The position numbers and the translations under genes are program-made. Shown piece after piece: positions 62,611 through 64,000 of a stretch of DNA of 64,000 bases. A model generated the notes under the pieces. It saw only the letters and a program-made list of their open reading frames with translations, searched no databases and was not told the origin of the DNA. Position 1 is the stretch's first letter, and each line of letters starts with the position of its first letter. The stretch spans positions 37,140,001 through 37,204,000 of the forward strand of contig NC_087436.1 in NCBI RefSeq assembly GCF_036321535.1. The letters are read 5' to 3'. This stretch comes from Camelus dromedarius (lineage: Eukaryota).

Positions 62611-64000
62611 GTGGTCTCCAAAAAATGGTTTTGTAATATACACAGTATTTTCTCTTTGTTAGGGTAGGAGTGATGTTCTACATCCTAGGTTTAAGTGCAA
62701 TTTCCAAATTATATACTCTTAGTTTAGCTGACATAAATGGGGAAAGACATTTTATTACTTGATTTGGTACTTATACTTAATGTTAGTGATCAGAACCCTC
62801 TGGGGATGTTTTTCTCTCTTGAACGTGTGTGCGCGCGCGTGTGCACACGTGCACGCTCACACATTCGCTTAAGACTCTCCTGCCAAGTCTGTGGCAGTCT
62901 GCCTTGTGCCCAGGGGGTGGTGCTGTTGGCGTAAACTTACTTCCTTCACAGTTGAACTTCACTTCTGTTTTCTGTTTACGCTGCACTTTCTGATTTTTCA
63001 GCTTCAGAGAGTATTCCTCCGCAGTCTTCCTCACCCGAACACTCAGACAAAACTGAATCTAAACGTTAACCCTCTGCTTGGTTACTCAACTGTCAGTAGC
63101 TTAGAATCATCCTGTTTTGCCTGTTGTAGAACGTTCAAAGCTGTTTTCTAAAGCACTGGTTCCTCCTTTCCCCTGTGGTCTTTGGTAGTTAATGAATTCC
63201 CACCTTCCCGCCTGCTCCCCACCCTTCAGTGGAGCACTGAGCGTGTCTCCTTCCCCTGTAGAGTCTTTGGATATTTTCTATGGATGACGCACATTTGTCT
63301 CCATTTTTCAACCTGACAACAGTTAAAAGACACAGCCAGAGGTGCACATAGAGAAGAAGAAAAAGAATAACAAAAAACTCCAAAACCTGCAGAATGAATT
63401 TGTCCTCTGGGTTTTGATATTTGAAATAAAGGAATATTTTAAACAGTTAAATTCACTTTTAAAAACCGTTGTCCCTTATACACCAATGTCTAAAACGACA
63501 TTCATCACAGATTCCACAGATGAGTCTGCCCTCCCGAATTCCCTGTTTTTGATGGTGGCTCTAAAATTCTTCTAATTATTCAGTCCCCAAACTTTGGGAA
63601 TATTTTCGTATCCTCCCTTTCTTTGTCCTTCATGTTAAACAAATTATCACATCCAGACAGTTCTTCATTATGTCTATCACATCTACCCCTCCTTTCTGTT
63701 CCCGCTACTATGCTATTTCTGGAATTAATTACTTTATTTGGACTACACGAATGGCTTCTTTTTATTAAAGAAAAATTTCATTTTTATCAAAGGAATAAAC
63801 ACCCCAGTTTAAGAAGTTGAACAGCATGGAAATATAACATGCTGTTCCCCCTTGGGGTGGGTGTCAAAAGCCTTAAACATTTTCATCATTTTCCATTTAA
63901 CTTTTTTCCAGGAAGTTTCATCCGTATTTCTGAGATATGTGTGTGTGTATAAAATGTGCTACTATATATCCTACTATTTCCCTAGTTATTCACTTCGAGA

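Overview
Mammalian genomic DNA, probably from a camelid (inferred from the short tRNA-derived SINE type). The window has two main contents. (1) A complete 13-exon annexin A5 gene (ANXA5) on the + strand: CpG-island/GC-box promoter at about 28.5-29.5 kb, ATG at 29169, stop at 56712 (966 nt, 321 aa), AATAAA at 57143. (2) An 8.05-kb class I (gamma-like, HERV-E-like Gag) endogenous provirus at 8052-16103, on the same strand and about 12.7 kb upstream of ANXA5. It has two LTRs, a CTAC target-site duplication, a tRNA-Thr PBS, a PPT, and decayed gag and pro-pol with an amber read-through site. The provirus holds the most unusual features: a decayed ~160-codon 'pre-gag' frame that stops in a TAATG overlap with the gag ATG; an env reduced in frame to signal peptide + short linker + TM/tail; LTRs differing in CCAAT-box number and carrying octamer motifs; and inactivation mostly by CGA>TGA changes. 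The rest is intergenic or intronic sequence with L1, SINE, MaLR/ERV solo LTRs and DNA-transposon relics. Repeat family names come from recalled consensus sequences and all counts were made by eye, with no database searches.
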